A DNA stretch of 64,000 bases from an uncultured Actinomycetes bacterium. Its GTDB lineage: Bacteria; Actinomycetota; Acidimicrobiia; IMCC26256; JBBRZM01. The translations under genes and the position numbers were made by a program. Of this stretch, positions 1-11,750 are shown piece by piece. The DNA is taken from assembly GCA_963813635.1 (NCBI GenBank), contig CAWEZO010000008.1, positions 70,193-134,192 on the forward strand, given 5' to 3'. Numbering within the stretch: the first letter of the stretch is position 1; every line of letters starts with the position of its first letter. The notes below the pieces were generated by a model. It was not told the origin of the DNA. It saw nothing but the letters and a program-made list of their open reading frames with translations, and did no database searches.

Positions 1-245
1 TTGCGGATCAACTCGCGATCGATGGCGATCACCTTGTCCGCATCCTGCGCCGTCGGCTGCCGGCCCGAGGGCACCGCCGTGCTGACCTCGCTGCGTTGAG
101 CGCTTGCCTGGGTGCAGTACCCGTTGCTCTTCGAGGCGAACGACGACTTCGAGAGCGAGCCATTGCCGCTGCCGCTGCTGCCGCAGGCGAGCAAGAGGGC
201 CGGCAAGAGCGCGACCGGTAGCAATGTTGCGACTTTTCGGTGCAC
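1..245 (-). CDS. putative secreted lipoprotein, 3' end lies beyond the window start
   Basis: A minus-strand GTG at 243-245 opens VHRKVATLLPVALLPALLLACGSSGSGNGS. That is a signal peptide followed by an LLLAC lipobox. The frame stays open to position 1 and GC3 is high. Confidence 0.45.
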   Translation of the reverse strand, partial: MHRKVATLLPVALLPALLLACGSSGSGNGSLSKSSFASKSNGYCTQASAQRSEVSTAVPSGRQPTAQDADKVIAIDRELIR

Positions 246-353
246 ACGGTGATCTCCCTGCTGTGCCGGGTCGAGCAGGTCACGCTAGTTGAACGCCCCG
301 CGTGGGTGAGTAACCGAACGCCGCCGGATGCGGGCGGGACTAGCCTCGACACC

Positions 354-2139
354 GTGCTCCCCGATTACGCGTCGTACGAGCAGGCGATCGGCCTCGACTG
401 GTACGAGACCGATCCCAACCTGCACTTCCTGCTCGACCGACACCTGCCCGACCCGTCCGACCGGGCCTTCGCCGAGGAGCACACGGCGCGGTTCGGCACG
501 CTCACCGGCGGCCCGCTGGCGACACGGGCCGAGATCACCGACAAGCACGGTCCCGTGCTCTCCCGCTACGACCGCTGGGGCCAGGAAGTCGACACGATCG
601 TGCACCACCCCACCTGGCTCGAGAGCAAGGCCGACCTGGTGCGGGCCGGCTTCGTCGAGCTTCGTTCAGGGAGCGACCGACCGGTGCCGGCGGTGCTCAC
701 CGCCGCGATCGCGTACCTCGTGTGCCAAGCGGAGACCGCGATCTACTGCGGTCTCGGGATGACGGCCGGCGCGGCCGACATCGTCGAGCGTTACGCACCC
801 GACTCGGTGCGTAACGATCTCCTCGGCCGGCTCAGAAACCTCGACCCCGACGAAGCGTGGGAAGGCGGGATGTTCCTGACGGAGCGTCAGGGCGGCAGCG
901 ACGTCGGCGCCAACACGACGCGTGCGGTGCCCGATGGGGCCGAGTGGCGGCTGTTCGGCGAGAAGCACTTCTGCTCCAACGTCGACGCCGAGGTCTTCAT
1001 CGTGCTGGCCCGGCCCGACGGCGCACCCGACGGCGCGAGCGGCCTCGCCACGTTCATCGTGCCGCGCGTGATGCCCGACGGCTCGGCCAACGGCTTTCGG
1101 ATCAAGCGGCTGAAGCCGAAGCTGGGCACGGTCGGCGTGCCGACGGCCGAAGTCAGCCTCGAGGGCGCCCGCGCGTGGATGGCCGGAACGCCCCGCACCA
1201 GTGACGGCGCACCTGCGGCCGGGAGCGCGGCCGCGGACCAGCGCGGCTTGAACAAGATGATGGAGATGGTCAACGGCAGCCGGTTCGGTGTCGCGATCAT
1301 GGGCCTGGGCATTCATCGCCGTTCGTTCCTCGAAGGCGCGATCTACGCCGCGCACCGCGAACAGTGGGGCCAGCGCATCGACCGGTACCCGCTCGTGCGC
1401 GAAACCCTCATCGACCTGGTGACGGAGCTCGAAGCAGGGCTCGCGCTCACATTCGAGTGCGCGTCGGCCAATCGTGGCGCGACGTCCGAAGACGAGGGCC
1501 GGCGGTTGCGGCGCATCCTGGTGCCGTTGGCGAAAGTTCGGGCCACGCGCGAAGCGGTCGGCGCCGCGAGTCAGGCGCTCGAGCTGTTCGGCGGGAACGG
1601 GTACATGGAAGATTGGCCGATGGCCCGGCAGCTGCGCGACGCGGCAGTGCCACACCATCTGGGAAGGCACCGAAAACATCTGTTGCCTCGACGTGCGCCG
1701 CGCGATGCGTACCGACGCCGCACACGAGGCGTTGATCGCACGGGTGGAACGCGCGCTCGACGAGGCAAATGGAGAGAAGGTGCTGACGCCGGTCGTCGAT
1801 GCGGTCGCGATCACGTTGGGCGAGACGCACGACGCGATCGCGCATCTCGAGCTGGCCGACACCGAGCTGCAGTTGCTCCACGCGCGCCGGTTTGCGCATC
1901 TGCTCGCCGATCTCGCTGAGGGCGCGTTGGTGCTCGATGACGCGCGCTGGGCGCTTGCGCGTGACGGCAATGCCCGCAAGGCCGTGATCGCACGGCGCTT
2001 CGCGACCCGGCACCTCGCGCCGCCACGGGCACGGGGCATCCTCGACGACGACCGCACCGACGTCGACCTCTTCGAACCGATCATTCGCTACGGCACCATC
2101 GATCCCGATCAGGCGATCGCCGTGAGCCCCGCGGCCTAA
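354..2139 (+). CDS. AidB-like acyl-CoA dehydrogenase, single-base frameshift near 1650
   Basis: ORFs 240-1919 and 1474-2139 join into one ACAD. The C-terminal motif RDAAV / HTIWEGTENICCLDVRRA is split by an extra C at about 1650. I chose GTG 354 as the start so the gene clears the divergent lipoprotein gene. Confidence 0.75.
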
Positions 2140-2148
2140 CCCGCCGCG

Positions 2149-2649
2149 ATGAGTGAGCCGGCGCGGGTTGCCACCACAGTGTGGAAGGTCTCGGCCGAGC
2201 TCGTGCTGGCGCTCGACGAGCACCTCGGGCCGCCTGTCGACACCTACGTGAACGGCACGCAGACCTGGCTGACCGACAACGGCCCCAGCCGGGAAGCGCT
2301 CGAATGGCGCTTGCATCCCGTTGCTCGCTATCGGCAGCCTGCCGGGCTCTCGCACTACGACCTCTGGGAACAGGTTGTGTCGCAGCTCTCGCGTGGCGGC
2401 GATCCCGACCGCCTCGAGCTCGGCGACGAGGCCCGTTCGCTCAGCACGCTCTGGGACGGCCTCGAATGCTTCGCTGCGTACGGCGACGACCTCGAGCCCG
2501 CGCCGCTCGCAGCAGCCGCCGGTCACGCGCTCGGGCGCCCACCCGACGCCGCGGGACTCGTCAACCACACCGCGATCGGCGACGCGTGGGAGCGCTCGAA
2601 GGGTGCGGCGTCCATCGTCGGCCTTCTCAGCGAACAGCTCGCCAACTAG
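2149..2649 (+). CDS. hypothetical protein
   Basis: A 166-aa ORF with coding-like composition, packed tightly between neighbouring genes. I recognised no family. Confidence 0.5.
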   Translation: MSEPARVATTVWKVSAELVLALDEHLGPPVDTYVNGTQTWLTDNGPSREALEWRLHPVARYRQPAGLSHYDLWEQVVSQLSRGGDPDRLELGDEARSLSTLWDGLECFAAYGDDLEPAPLAAAAGHALGRPPDAAGLVNHTAIGDAWERSKGAASIVGLLSEQLAN

Positions 2650-2661
2650 CGTCCGCCCGGC

Positions 2662-3666
2662 ATGAACCGCCAGATCCGTCTCGCCGCGCATCCCGACGGC
2701 ATGGTGCGCGACTCCGATTTCGAGCACGTTGTCGTGCCGGTGCCCGAGCCCGACGAGGGTGAGGCACTCGTGCGCAACTTGTACGTGTCGATCGACCCGG
2801 CGATTCGCGGGTGGATGAACGGCGCCGACACGTACGTGCCGGGCATCCATGTCGGCGATGTGATGCGCAGCGCCGGAATCGGTGAGGTCGTCGAGTCGCG
2901 CACTCCTCGCTACAACCCCGGCGATCGCGTGTTGGGCTTCGTGGGCTGGCAGGACTGGTCGATCATCGACAGTGAGGCGCGCAGCGTCGAGGTGATCCCG
3001 CCCGTTGATCCGGTCACCGCGTTTCTCAGCGTGTACGGCGTCACGGGATGCACGGCGTACTTCGGGATGCTCGACATTGCCCAACCGCAACCGGGTGAGA
3101 CAGTCGTCGTGTCGGGCGCCGCGGGCGCGGTGGGCTCGATCGTGGGCCAGATCGCGAAGCTGCGCGGCTGTTACGTCGTCGGCACCGCCGGAACGGATGC
3201 GAAGTGTGCGTGGATCACCGACGAGCTCGGCTTCGACGCGGCGATCAACTACAAGACCGACGACCTCGGCGCCGTGCTGTCACGCGTGTGCCCGGAAGGC
3301 ATCGACGTCTACTTCGACAACGTCGGCGGCGAGATGCTCGAGCTGGTGCTCCAGCGCATCAACGAGCGCGCCCGCATTGCACTCTGCGGTTCGATCTCGC
3401 AGTACAACGCCACCGAGCTCGCCCCCGGGCCGCGCAATCTCTTCCAGCTGGTCCCCAAGCGCGGCCGCATGGAGGGCTTCATCGTGCTCGACTATCTCCC
3501 GCGGTTCCTCGAAGCGATTCTCCAGATGGGCGAGTGGGTCGCAGCCGGCGAGGTGAAGTACGCAGAGGAGATCGTCGAAGGTCTGGATGGCGCGCCGGGT
3601 GCACTTCGGCGGCTGTTCACCGGCGATCACGTCGGCAAGTTGATCGTGCGGGTGGGCGACGGCTGA
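2662..3666 (+). CDS. NADP-dependent oxidoreductase, medium-chain reductase family (YncB/CurA/PTGR-like)
   Basis: The ORF has the nucleotide-binding motif VVVSGAAGAVGSIVGQIAKLRG. Its overall layout is typical of zinc-free MDR alkenal/one reductases. Confidence 0.85.
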   Translation: MNRQIRLAAHPDGMVRDSDFEHVVVPVPEPDEGEALVRNLYVSIDPAIRGWMNGADTYVPGIHVGDVMRSAGIGEVVESRTPRYNPGDRVLGFVGWQDWSIIDSEARSVEVIPPVDPVTAFLSVYGVTGCTAYFGMLDIAQPQPGETVVVSGAAGAVGSIVGQIAKLRGCYVVGTAGTDAKCAWITDELGFDAAINYKTDDLGAVLSRVCPEGIDVYFDNVGGEMLELVLQRINERARIALCGSISQYNATELAPGPRNLFQLVPKRGRMEGFIVLDYLPRFLEAILQMGEWVAAGEVKYAEEIVEGLDGAPGALRRLFTGDHVGKLIVRVGDG

Positions 3667-3681
3667 AGTTCTCTCGGCCGA

Positions 3682-4378
3682 TCAGCTGACGTCGTCGCCG
3701 CCGCCTCGCCACGGTGGCGTGCGCGGGTGATCGAAGTCGCACGGCAGTTGCTCGCCGCCGATCGCGGCGAAGGCCGTCTCGAGCCAACGGTCGCCGCCGG
3801 CGAGCGGCCATGGCAACGCGTCGCCGTGCGAAGAAGCCGACTTGGCGCGTCTCGAGCGGGTGGCCGCGGAACTCGCCGCCGAGCATGCGGCAGTGGAATA
3901 CGAGTGAGTAGAGGGCAGCCGCGCGAATCCGAGGCGCAAGCCGTCGAACACCGCGATGAGCGAGAGAGGCTCCACCTCGATCCCCGTCTCTTCGTACACC
4001 TCTTTGACGGCCACCTCCGACGGCGAGTAGCCGACGTCGGCCCAACCGACGGGGTACAGCCACACGCCGGAGTCGGACCGCTGCGTGAGCAGGATCTCGC
4101 CTGCCTCGTTGCCCACGACGGCAGCGACCGCGACCTTCGGCGTCACGTACCCGCCCACGCCCTCGCCAACCGTCGCCAGCCACTCCTCGAACAGGGCGTC
4201 GGACTCGGCCTCTTCGATCGCGCGCGGCACGCATGTCGGCCGCGACGCGCAAGACCTCCTGGAAGCGCTCCTTCTCGTACAGGCTCTCGGTGAAACCGAG
4301 ACCCGTGCGTGCCACGCCCGACAGCGTCTCCGCCCACCGGAGGAGATCGACGGCGGAAACGACATGCGGCTCGGTCAC
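3682..4378 (-). pseudogene. NUDIX hydrolase with Nudix_N_2-type N-terminal domain, at least three frameshifts
   Basis: The protein can only be rebuilt by alternating between ORFs 3617-4492 and 3682-4365. The pieces are LLRWAETLSGVARTGLGFTESLYEKERF, then the Nudix box GWADVGYSPSEVAVKEVYEETGIEV, then YSLVFHCRMLGGEF, then the C-terminal tail. Frame switches fall near 4222, 3915 and 3830. Confidence 0.7.
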
Positions 4379-4519
4379 AGCGCGCAGCCTAGGTGAGTGT
4401 CCCGACACCTCACCGCGTAACGAATCTTCGTTGACTCGAGGATTTCCCCCGGTATTTGCCGGTAATGCCTCGAGTGAACGCAGCGGTCGCACGTGCGTAG
4501 TGTCGCAGGTGCCCGGCGG

Positions 4520-7500
4520 TCAGGGCTTCATGACGGACGTGCCGGGCGGACGCCACGGTCGCGAGCGTGCGATCAGCTGGGAGAGATCGGGTGCGGATTG
4601 CGGCGGCGCGAAGAAGAAGCCCTGCGCGTCGTCGCAACCGAGCGCGATCAGTTCCGCGAGCTGGAGCTCGGTCTCGACGCCTTCGGCGACCACCCGCAGG
4701 CCGAGCGCGTGGCCGAGGCTCACGACCGCCGCAACGATCGCGGAATCCTCGGCCTCGGTGCCGAGCCCGTCGACGAACGAGCGGTCGACCTTCACGAAGT
4801 CGACGGGGAACCGCTTGAGGTAGCCGAGCGACGAGTAGCCCGTGCCGAAGTCGTCGATGCTGAGCCGCACGCCGAGCGCTTTGAGTGCCTTGATCGCGAC
4901 GATCGTCGCCTCGGCATCTTCCATCAGCACGCTCTCGGTGATCTCGAGACAGAGCAGCGGCGCGTCGAAGCCGGACTCTTCGAGCGCGTTGCTCACCTGG
5001 CTCGCCAGACCCGGGTATGCGAGCTGTCGACCGGACAGGTTGACCGCGACGCAGAACGGGTCGGCGTCCGGTCGTTCGGCCTTCCAGCGCGCGCCCTGAC
5101 GACAGGCTTCGTTGAGCACCCACTCGCCGATCGGCACGATCATGCCCGTCTCCTCGGCAAGGTTGATGAACTCGTACGGCGGCACGAGCCCGCGTTCGGG
5201 ATGCTGCCAACGGACGAGCGCCTCGGCCCCCACGCATCGGGCCTCGGTGAGCGAGATGATCGGCTGGTAGAAGAGACGGAACTCGCCGCGCTCGATCGCG
5301 CGGTGCAGCGAGTTCTCGGTCTCGAGGCGCACGATCGCCGACTCACGCATTGCCTCGTCGAACACTTCCCAGCGTCCCTTGCCAAGCTCCTTGGCCCGGT
5401 ACATGGCCGAGTCGGCATCACGCAGCAGCTCGTGGGGCCGTTCGCCGCCGGTTGCGCCGAGCGCGATGCCGATGCTGGCACTGAGGAACTGCTCCTCACC
5501 TCCCAGGAGGAACGGTTGCTGCATCACTTCGAGGAGCCGCTCGGCCACCTCGATGGCCTGGTGGCGGGCCCCGACGCCGGAGAGGTCCTCGCACAGCACG
5601 GTGAACTCGTCGCCGCCGAAACGCGCCACGGTGTCACCGGGTCGCAGGACGCCGCGCAGCCGTTCGCCAAGTGACACGAGCAACGCGTCGCCGGCGTCGT
5701 GGCCGAGGCTGTCGTTGACGAACTTGAACCGGTCGAGGTCGAGGAACAGCACCGCGACGGTCGTGTGGTAACGACGGGCGCGCGCGAGGGCAAGCATGAG
5801 GAACTCGAGGAACAACGCGCGATTCGGAAGTCCGGTCAGCGGGTCGTGATGGGCCTGGTGCGCGAGCTGAGCCTCGAACTCTTTGCGCTCGATCGCGATG
5901 CTCGCCAGCTGCACGGCCAACGAGACGAGGTGTTCTTGCTCCCGGGTCGGCGCGGTGGGCTCGGAGTGGTACATGGCGACCGTGCCGCGCACCCGATCAT
6001 CGCCGGACGCGACGATCGGCGTCGCCCAGCAGGCTCGCAGACCGTGCGCCGCCGCGAGCTCGCGGGAGCGATCCCAAAGGGGATCGTGCTCGATATCGGT
6101 GACGATGACCTGTTCACCGCGAAACGCGGCCCTGCCGCTCGAGCCGGCATTCGGTCCGACGATCGTGCCATCGAGACCCTGTACGAACTTGGTCGGCAAG
6201 CTCGGCGCCGCGCCGTGCCGCAACGTCGCGCCATCGTCGTCGAGCACCATGATGGAGCAGCGACCGTCGGGTATGTGCGCTTCGACCACATGGCACAACT
6301 CGGTAAGGGTGTCGGTGAGCGGCGTGCCTTTGGCAATCGTCTCCAAGATCCGCGCCTGGTCGACGACGAGAGCCTCGGCCCGACGCTGCTCGGTGACGTC
6401 GCGCCCGACCGCCTGGTACTCGACGACCTCTCCGTGCTCGTCGAGCACCGCACGCTCGGCCCATTGCTGCCAGCGGATACGACCGTCGTCGAGCGCGACC
6501 CGGTGCTCGACCATCGTGACCGGTTTGCGAGGGCCCAGCGAGCCCAGCGCACGCTGGAGCCGCGCGCGATCCTCTTCGGGCACCCGGGGCTCGAACGACG
6601 TGCCGACGAGCGCCTCGACGGTCGTGCCGAAGAAGCGCGCGTATGCCTCGTTGACGAACGTCATCGTGCCGTCAGCCTGGAACCGGCAGATCAGATCGGT
6701 CTGGTCCTCGACGATCCCGCGATACCGGTCTTCGCTCGCGCGCACCCGCGCCTCGGCCTCGCGGTGCTCCGTAATGTCACGGGTCGTGACGACAAGCCCG
6801 CCGACGGCGGGAACATTCGACAGATCCCGCACGACGGACTCGAGATGTCGCCAGCTGCCGTCGACGTGTCGGGCGCGGAATTCCACCGGCTCCGGTTTGT
6901 CGGGAGCGTCGAGCTGTGCCCGTATTGCCGCGCGCACACGGGCGCGATCGTCGGGATGCACGTGCGCGTACGAATCGGTCTCATAGTCATCTCGCGCGAT
7001 GCCGAGAATCTGCTCGATCGCCGGACTGCTCCAAAGCGTGTGGCCCACGGAATCGACGATCGTGACCACCTCGGAGAGGTTCTCGACCAGCGCACGAAAG
7101 CGCTCCTCGTTCGCGCGCAGCGCCTCCTCGGCGTTGCGTTGCTCGGTGACATCGCGCGCCGTGATCACCGTGCCCTCGACGGCCGGCTCATCGAGCAGGT
7201 TGTTGGCAACTGCTTCGACCACGCGCCACTCTCCGGCGGCGTTGTGCATCCGGAACTGCGCGGTCTCACTCAGACCTTGCTGCTGCTTCGCTCTCTCGAA
7301 GAGCTTGAGCACCCGGGGCAGGTCGTACGGGTGGACGAGCTGGAATGCGTTCCCGTCCACTCCGAAACCCACCGGATACCCGAAGATCTGGTGCGACGAG
7401 GGACTGGTATAGCGCACGGTACCGTCGGCCCCGACGATCGTGATGATGACCGACGTGTTGTCGACCAGCGCGCGGAACCGCTCTTCGCTCTCCCGCAGCG

Positions 7501-8023
7501 CCAGCTCATTCGCCTTCTGGGCGGTGATGTTCGCAGACAATTCGAGCACCGCGGTGATCGAGCCGTGCTCGTCGCGCATCGGCGCGGCGGCAAAGCTGAC
7601 ATCGATCTCGTGGCCCCACTTGGTCAGGCGCCGCGCCTCGGTGGGCTGGATCACCTCGCCGGCCATCACGCGGTCGCGCACGTCGGTGGCCTCCTCGAGG
7701 TCTTCCTCGCGCACGACACGCGAGAACCGGCCGATCACCTCGGGCCCGGCCCAACCGAAGATCTCCTCGCACGCGAGGTTCCAGAGCACGATCTTGCCGT
7801 CGCCGTCGAACGCGTAGATAGCGACCGGAGCGTTCTCGAAGATCGCGCTCAGGGTTTCGCGCGAGCGGCGCAGTGCGTCGGCGACCGCTCGGAGAGGCTC
7901 GGTCGCTTCCGACTCGCTGCCGGCCTCGAGGATCAAGTCGAGTTGCGCGACAAGTCGCGGCTCGTGCTCGCCGGCAGATCCGCCGGGACCGATCGCCGGG
8001 GCGGCTTCGTGAGCGTTCGACAC
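4520..8023 (-). CDS. multi-PAS / GAF / GGDEF / EAL signalling protein (c-di-GMP turnover)
   Basis: An intact 1167-aa ORF. It has repeated PAS segments and a GAF region. The GGDEF motif reads RFGGDEFTV and the EAL domain contains EALVRW, DDFGTGYSSL and EGVE. Confidence 0.9.
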   Translation of the reverse strand: MSNAHEAAPAIGPGGSAGEHEPRLVAQLDLILEAGSESEATEPLRAVADALRRSRETLSAIFENAPVAIYAFDGDGKIVLWNLACEEIFGWAGPEVIGRFSRVVREEDLEEATDVRDRVMAGEVIQPTEARRLTKWGHEIDVSFAAAPMRDEHGSITAVLELSANITAQKANELALRESEERFRALVDNTSVIITIVGADGTVRYTSPSSHQIFGYPVGFGVDGNAFQLVHPYDLPRVLKLFERAKQQQGLSETAQFRMHNAAGEWRVVEAVANNLLDEPAVEGTVITARDVTEQRNAEEALRANEERFRALVENLSEVVTIVDSVGHTLWSSPAIEQILGIARDDYETDSYAHVHPDDRARVRAAIRAQLDAPDKPEPVEFRARHVDGSWRHLESVVRDLSNVPAVGGLVVTTRDITEHREAEARVRASEDRYRGIVEDQTDLICRFQADGTMTFVNEAYARFFGTTVEALVGTSFEPRVPEEDRARLQRALGSLGPRKPVTMVEHRVALDDGRIRWQQWAERAVLDEHGEVVEYQAVGRDVTEQRRAEALVVDQARILETIAKGTPLTDTLTELCHVVEAHIPDGRCSIMVLDDDGATLRHGAAPSLPTKFVQGLDGTIVGPNAGSSGRAAFRGEQVIVTDIEHDPLWDRSRELAAAHGLRACWATPIVASGDDRVRGTVAMYHSEPTAPTREQEHLVSLAVQLASIAIERKEFEAQLAHQAHHDPLTGLPNRALFLEFLMLALARARRYHTTVAVLFLDLDRFKFVNDSLGHDAGDALLVSLGERLRGVLRPGDTVARFGGDEFTVLCEDLSGVGARHQAIEVAERLLEVMQQPFLLGGEEQFLSASIGIALGATGGERPHELLRDADSAMYRAKELGKGRWEVFDEAMRESAIVRLETENSLHRAIERGEFRLFYQPIISLTEARCVGAEALVRWQHPERGLVPPYEFINLAEETGMIVPIGEWVLNEACRQGARWKAERPDADPFCVAVNLSGRQLAYPGLASQVSNALEESGFDAPLLCLEITESVLMEDAEATIVAIKALKALGVRLSIDDFGTGYSSLGYLKRFPVDFVKVDRSFVDGLGTEAEDSAIVAAVVSLGHALGLRVVAEGVETELQLAELIALGCDDAQGFFFAPPQSAPDLSQLIARSRPWRPPGTSVMKP

Positions 8024-8155
8024 TGCGTCCTTTCCGGTGCATGCTAACCCACATTGCGCGGTTCTCCGACCACTACCAGTGCCAGCACCGTGAGCCTACG
8101 CCATGCCGTCGAGACCGAATCCGCAACGGTCGCCTACGGGTAGGAAAAGGACGGA

Positions 8156-8725
8156 TCAGGTCGGCTGTGCCCGCCGAGCTCTGAGCACGGTCGCCTTGGC
8201 GACGCCCCACGCGAGCTGCAGCGGTGCGAGCTCGTCGTCACCGAGATCGCCGAGCGTCCGCGGTACCAGGCCGTACACGTCGTCGGGCCACGCCCGCTCG
8301 TCGAAGTCGTCGCGCACGACCGGGGGGATGCCGGCGCGCTCGAGGAGAGCGGTCGGCTCCCGGTACACCGTGCGCACGATCTCGAGGGGCGTCGACGCCT
8401 GCGACTCCGGGTCGGTGCGCAGAAGCGGCCTCAGGCGCTCGACGACGCGCTGTGTCGCGGCCCGGCCCGCTCCGGGCACGGCGTCATCAAGTGCGCGACG
8501 AGCTTGGGGGTCGAGCCGTCCCCAGGCGCCGGCAATCCGTGAGACCTGCGCCGCGACCCAGGACGGGACCGTGCGCTCGACCCCGGCGATGATCGCAGCA
8601 CCGGTCGCGTCGAGCGTCTCGCGACCACGAGCCTCGGCGGCGACCGGATCGCGCTCGATCGACGCATCGCGTGCCGTGCGCACGCCGTGGGGCAGCTCGT
8701 GTTCACGGCCCATCCGCACGCTCAC
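8156..8725 (-). CDS. hypothetical protein
   Basis: A 189-aa ORF lying 5 nt downstream of the NIL-domain gene on the same strand. I recognised no family. Confidence 0.5.
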   Translation of the reverse strand: MSVRMGREHELPHGVRTARDASIERDPVAAEARGRETLDATGAAIIAGVERTVPSWVAAQVSRIAGAWGRLDPQARRALDDAVPGAGRAATQRVVERLRPLLRTDPESQASTPLEIVRTVYREPTALLERAGIPPVVRDDFDERAWPDDVYGLVPRTLGDLGDDELAPLQLAWGVAKATVLRARRAQPT

Positions 8726-8730
8726 GTTGC

Positions 8731-8973
8731 TCAGCCCTCGAGGACGTCACCCTCCATGCGGTTGACCGTGCAACCGACGCCCTCGAGGTAGGCGATCGCG
8801 GCGTCGAGCTGGTCGTTGACGCCGGTGAGCTCGAGAATGACCCAACCGGAATGCGCCTCGACGTTGGCCCGCCGGATGTTGGGAACGACATCGAACTGCT
8901 TCACCATCTCGTAGATCATGGGCCGGTCGACGAGGTCCTCGGGAAACCAGACGAACAGGCGCTCACGGTCCAT
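8731..8973 (-). CDS. stand-alone NIL-domain protein (80 aa)
   Basis: From the internal ATG at 8971-8973 the product is MDRERLFVWFPEDLVDRPMIYEMVKQFDVVPNIRRANVEAHSGWVILELTG. This resembles the NIL domain found at the MetN C-terminus. The upstream part of ORF 8731-9171 looks like non-coding read-through. Confidence 0.6.
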   Translation of the reverse strand: MDRERLFVWFPEDLVDRPMIYEMVKQFDVVPNIRRANVEAHSGWVILELTGVNDQLDAAIAYLEGVGCTVNRMEGDVLEG

Positions 8974-9028
8974 CAACGCCTCCGCGGTAGCTTCGAATGG
9001 ACCGGCAGCGTAGCGAGTCGGAGCGCGA

Positions 9029-9814
9029 TCAGCCCGTGAGCCCGATCCGTGCGAGGGCGTCGGCCGGTTCGAGCGGCAAGCCGGTGATGAACGTACCGAA
9101 GTCGGCGTACCGCGTCGACACTTCGTCGAACCGCATCTCGTAGACGATCTCCTTGAGCGCGAGCGGATCATCGGCCAGCAAGGTCACGCCCCACTCCCAG
9201 TCGTCGAGCCCTACAGAGCCCGTGATCAGCTGCAGGACGCGTCCCGCGTAGGTGCGGCCGACGCGCGCGTGACCCGCCATGAGCTGCTTGCGTTGTTCGA
9301 ACGGCAGTGCGTACCAGTTGTCGTCGCCCGTGCGACGCTTCGACATGGGATAGAAGCAGATCACATTCTTGAGCGGCAGCTTCGGGTGTAACCGCTGCTC
9401 CTGGTAGTGCGCGATGCGTTCGCGCCACACGGCGAGACGCGTCTCGAGCTCGGTCGGGTCCGTCACGCCGTCCTCGCGTGCCAGCCGGTCACGTTCGTCG
9501 GCCTCGGTTGACGTGTACTCGCTCAGCTCGGTCAACGAGACGTAGGAGTCGACGAGATCGAGCGGCGCGGCCGCAAGGTCGTGCTGGAACGCCTGGAGCC
9601 GCGCGAGATCGGGGCCGAGCGCCATGACGCCGAGGTCTGCTTTGTGCCCGAGCGCTGCAAACACCAGTGCCTGATGACCGTCCGCCTCGAGCGACGCGAC
9701 CGCATCGAGCACCCGTTTCGCGCCACCGGCTTCTGTGTCCGCGCGGGCCCGGTCGATCCGGTAGAAGAGATGGAGAACGCCCCAACCTTGGGAAGGTTCG
9801 ACTGGCTCGGTCAC
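9029..9814 (-). CDS. hemQ: coproheme decarboxylase (HemQ/ChdC, chlorite-dismutase family)
   Basis: Family hallmarks are WGVLHLFYRI, FYPMSKRR, NWYALPFEQRKQLMAGH and YEMRFDE. I prefer the GTG at 9812-9814 because the ORF's first ATG (9892) lies inside the groEL terminator. Confidence 0.8.
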   Translation of the reverse strand: MTEPVEPSQGWGVLHLFYRIDRARADTEAGGAKRVLDAVASLEADGHQALVFAALGHKADLGVMALGPDLARLQAFQHDLAAAPLDLVDSYVSLTELSEYTSTEADERDRLAREDGVTDPTELETRLAVWRERIAHYQEQRLHPKLPLKNVICFYPMSKRRTGDDNWYALPFEQRKQLMAGHARVGRTYAGRVLQLITGSVGLDDWEWGVTLLADDPLALKEIVYEMRFDEVSTRYADFGTFITGLPLEPADALARIGLTG

Positions 9815-9866
9815 GTCGTCGAGGTTATCGGGAGCACGGTGCCCTGCCGACGTTGCACGCAAAGAG

Positions 9867-9892
9867 ATGGGGCGCCCCGCAGGGCGCCCCAT
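9867..9892 (-). terminator. intrinsic terminator hairpin downstream of groEL
   Basis: A perfect 11-bp GC-rich stem (ATGGGGCGCCC / GGGCGCCCCAT) with a 4-nt loop lies 27 nt after the groEL stop. On the minus strand it is followed by CTCTTTGCG. Confidence 0.7.
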
Positions 9893-9918
9893 CCACGTGT
9901 TGTCGCCGACCGGCGTGC

Positions 9919-11656
<1,738 letters not shown>

Positions 11657-11662
11657 GCCATG

Positions 11663-11689
11663 CTGGCACTCAGGCTCTTCGAGTGCAAG
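11663..11689 (-). promoter_or_regulatory. second, degenerate CIRCE-like inverted repeat
   Basis: The sequence is CTGGCACTC-N9-GAGTGCAAG, with the same 9-N9-9 geometry. It lies 6 nt from the first element. Confidence 0.65.
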
Positions 11690-11750
11690 TCCCGGTTCTG
11701 CAGCGCTCGCCCCCAACCGGTCGTCGTTCGGCACCGGTATCCTCGCCGCG

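Noticed and set aside
5699-8047. A 782-aa plus-strand ORF antisense to the GGDEF/EAL gene. Similar long antisense ORFs occur at 4493-5674, 1447-3090, 16170-17474, 27789-28838, 46265-47890 and 61821-63314.
   Set aside because: They are Arg/Ala/Gly/Pro-rich with no recognisable motifs. In each case the opposite strand encodes an unmistakable conserved protein. Long stop-free antisense frames are expected in DNA this GC-rich.
9815-9892. Using the ORF-track ATG at 9892 as the hemQ start.
   Set aside because: That ATG is part of the right arm of the groEL terminator hairpin. The added residues (MGRPAGRPISLRATSAGHRAPDNLDD) look non-coding, so I prefer GTG 9814.
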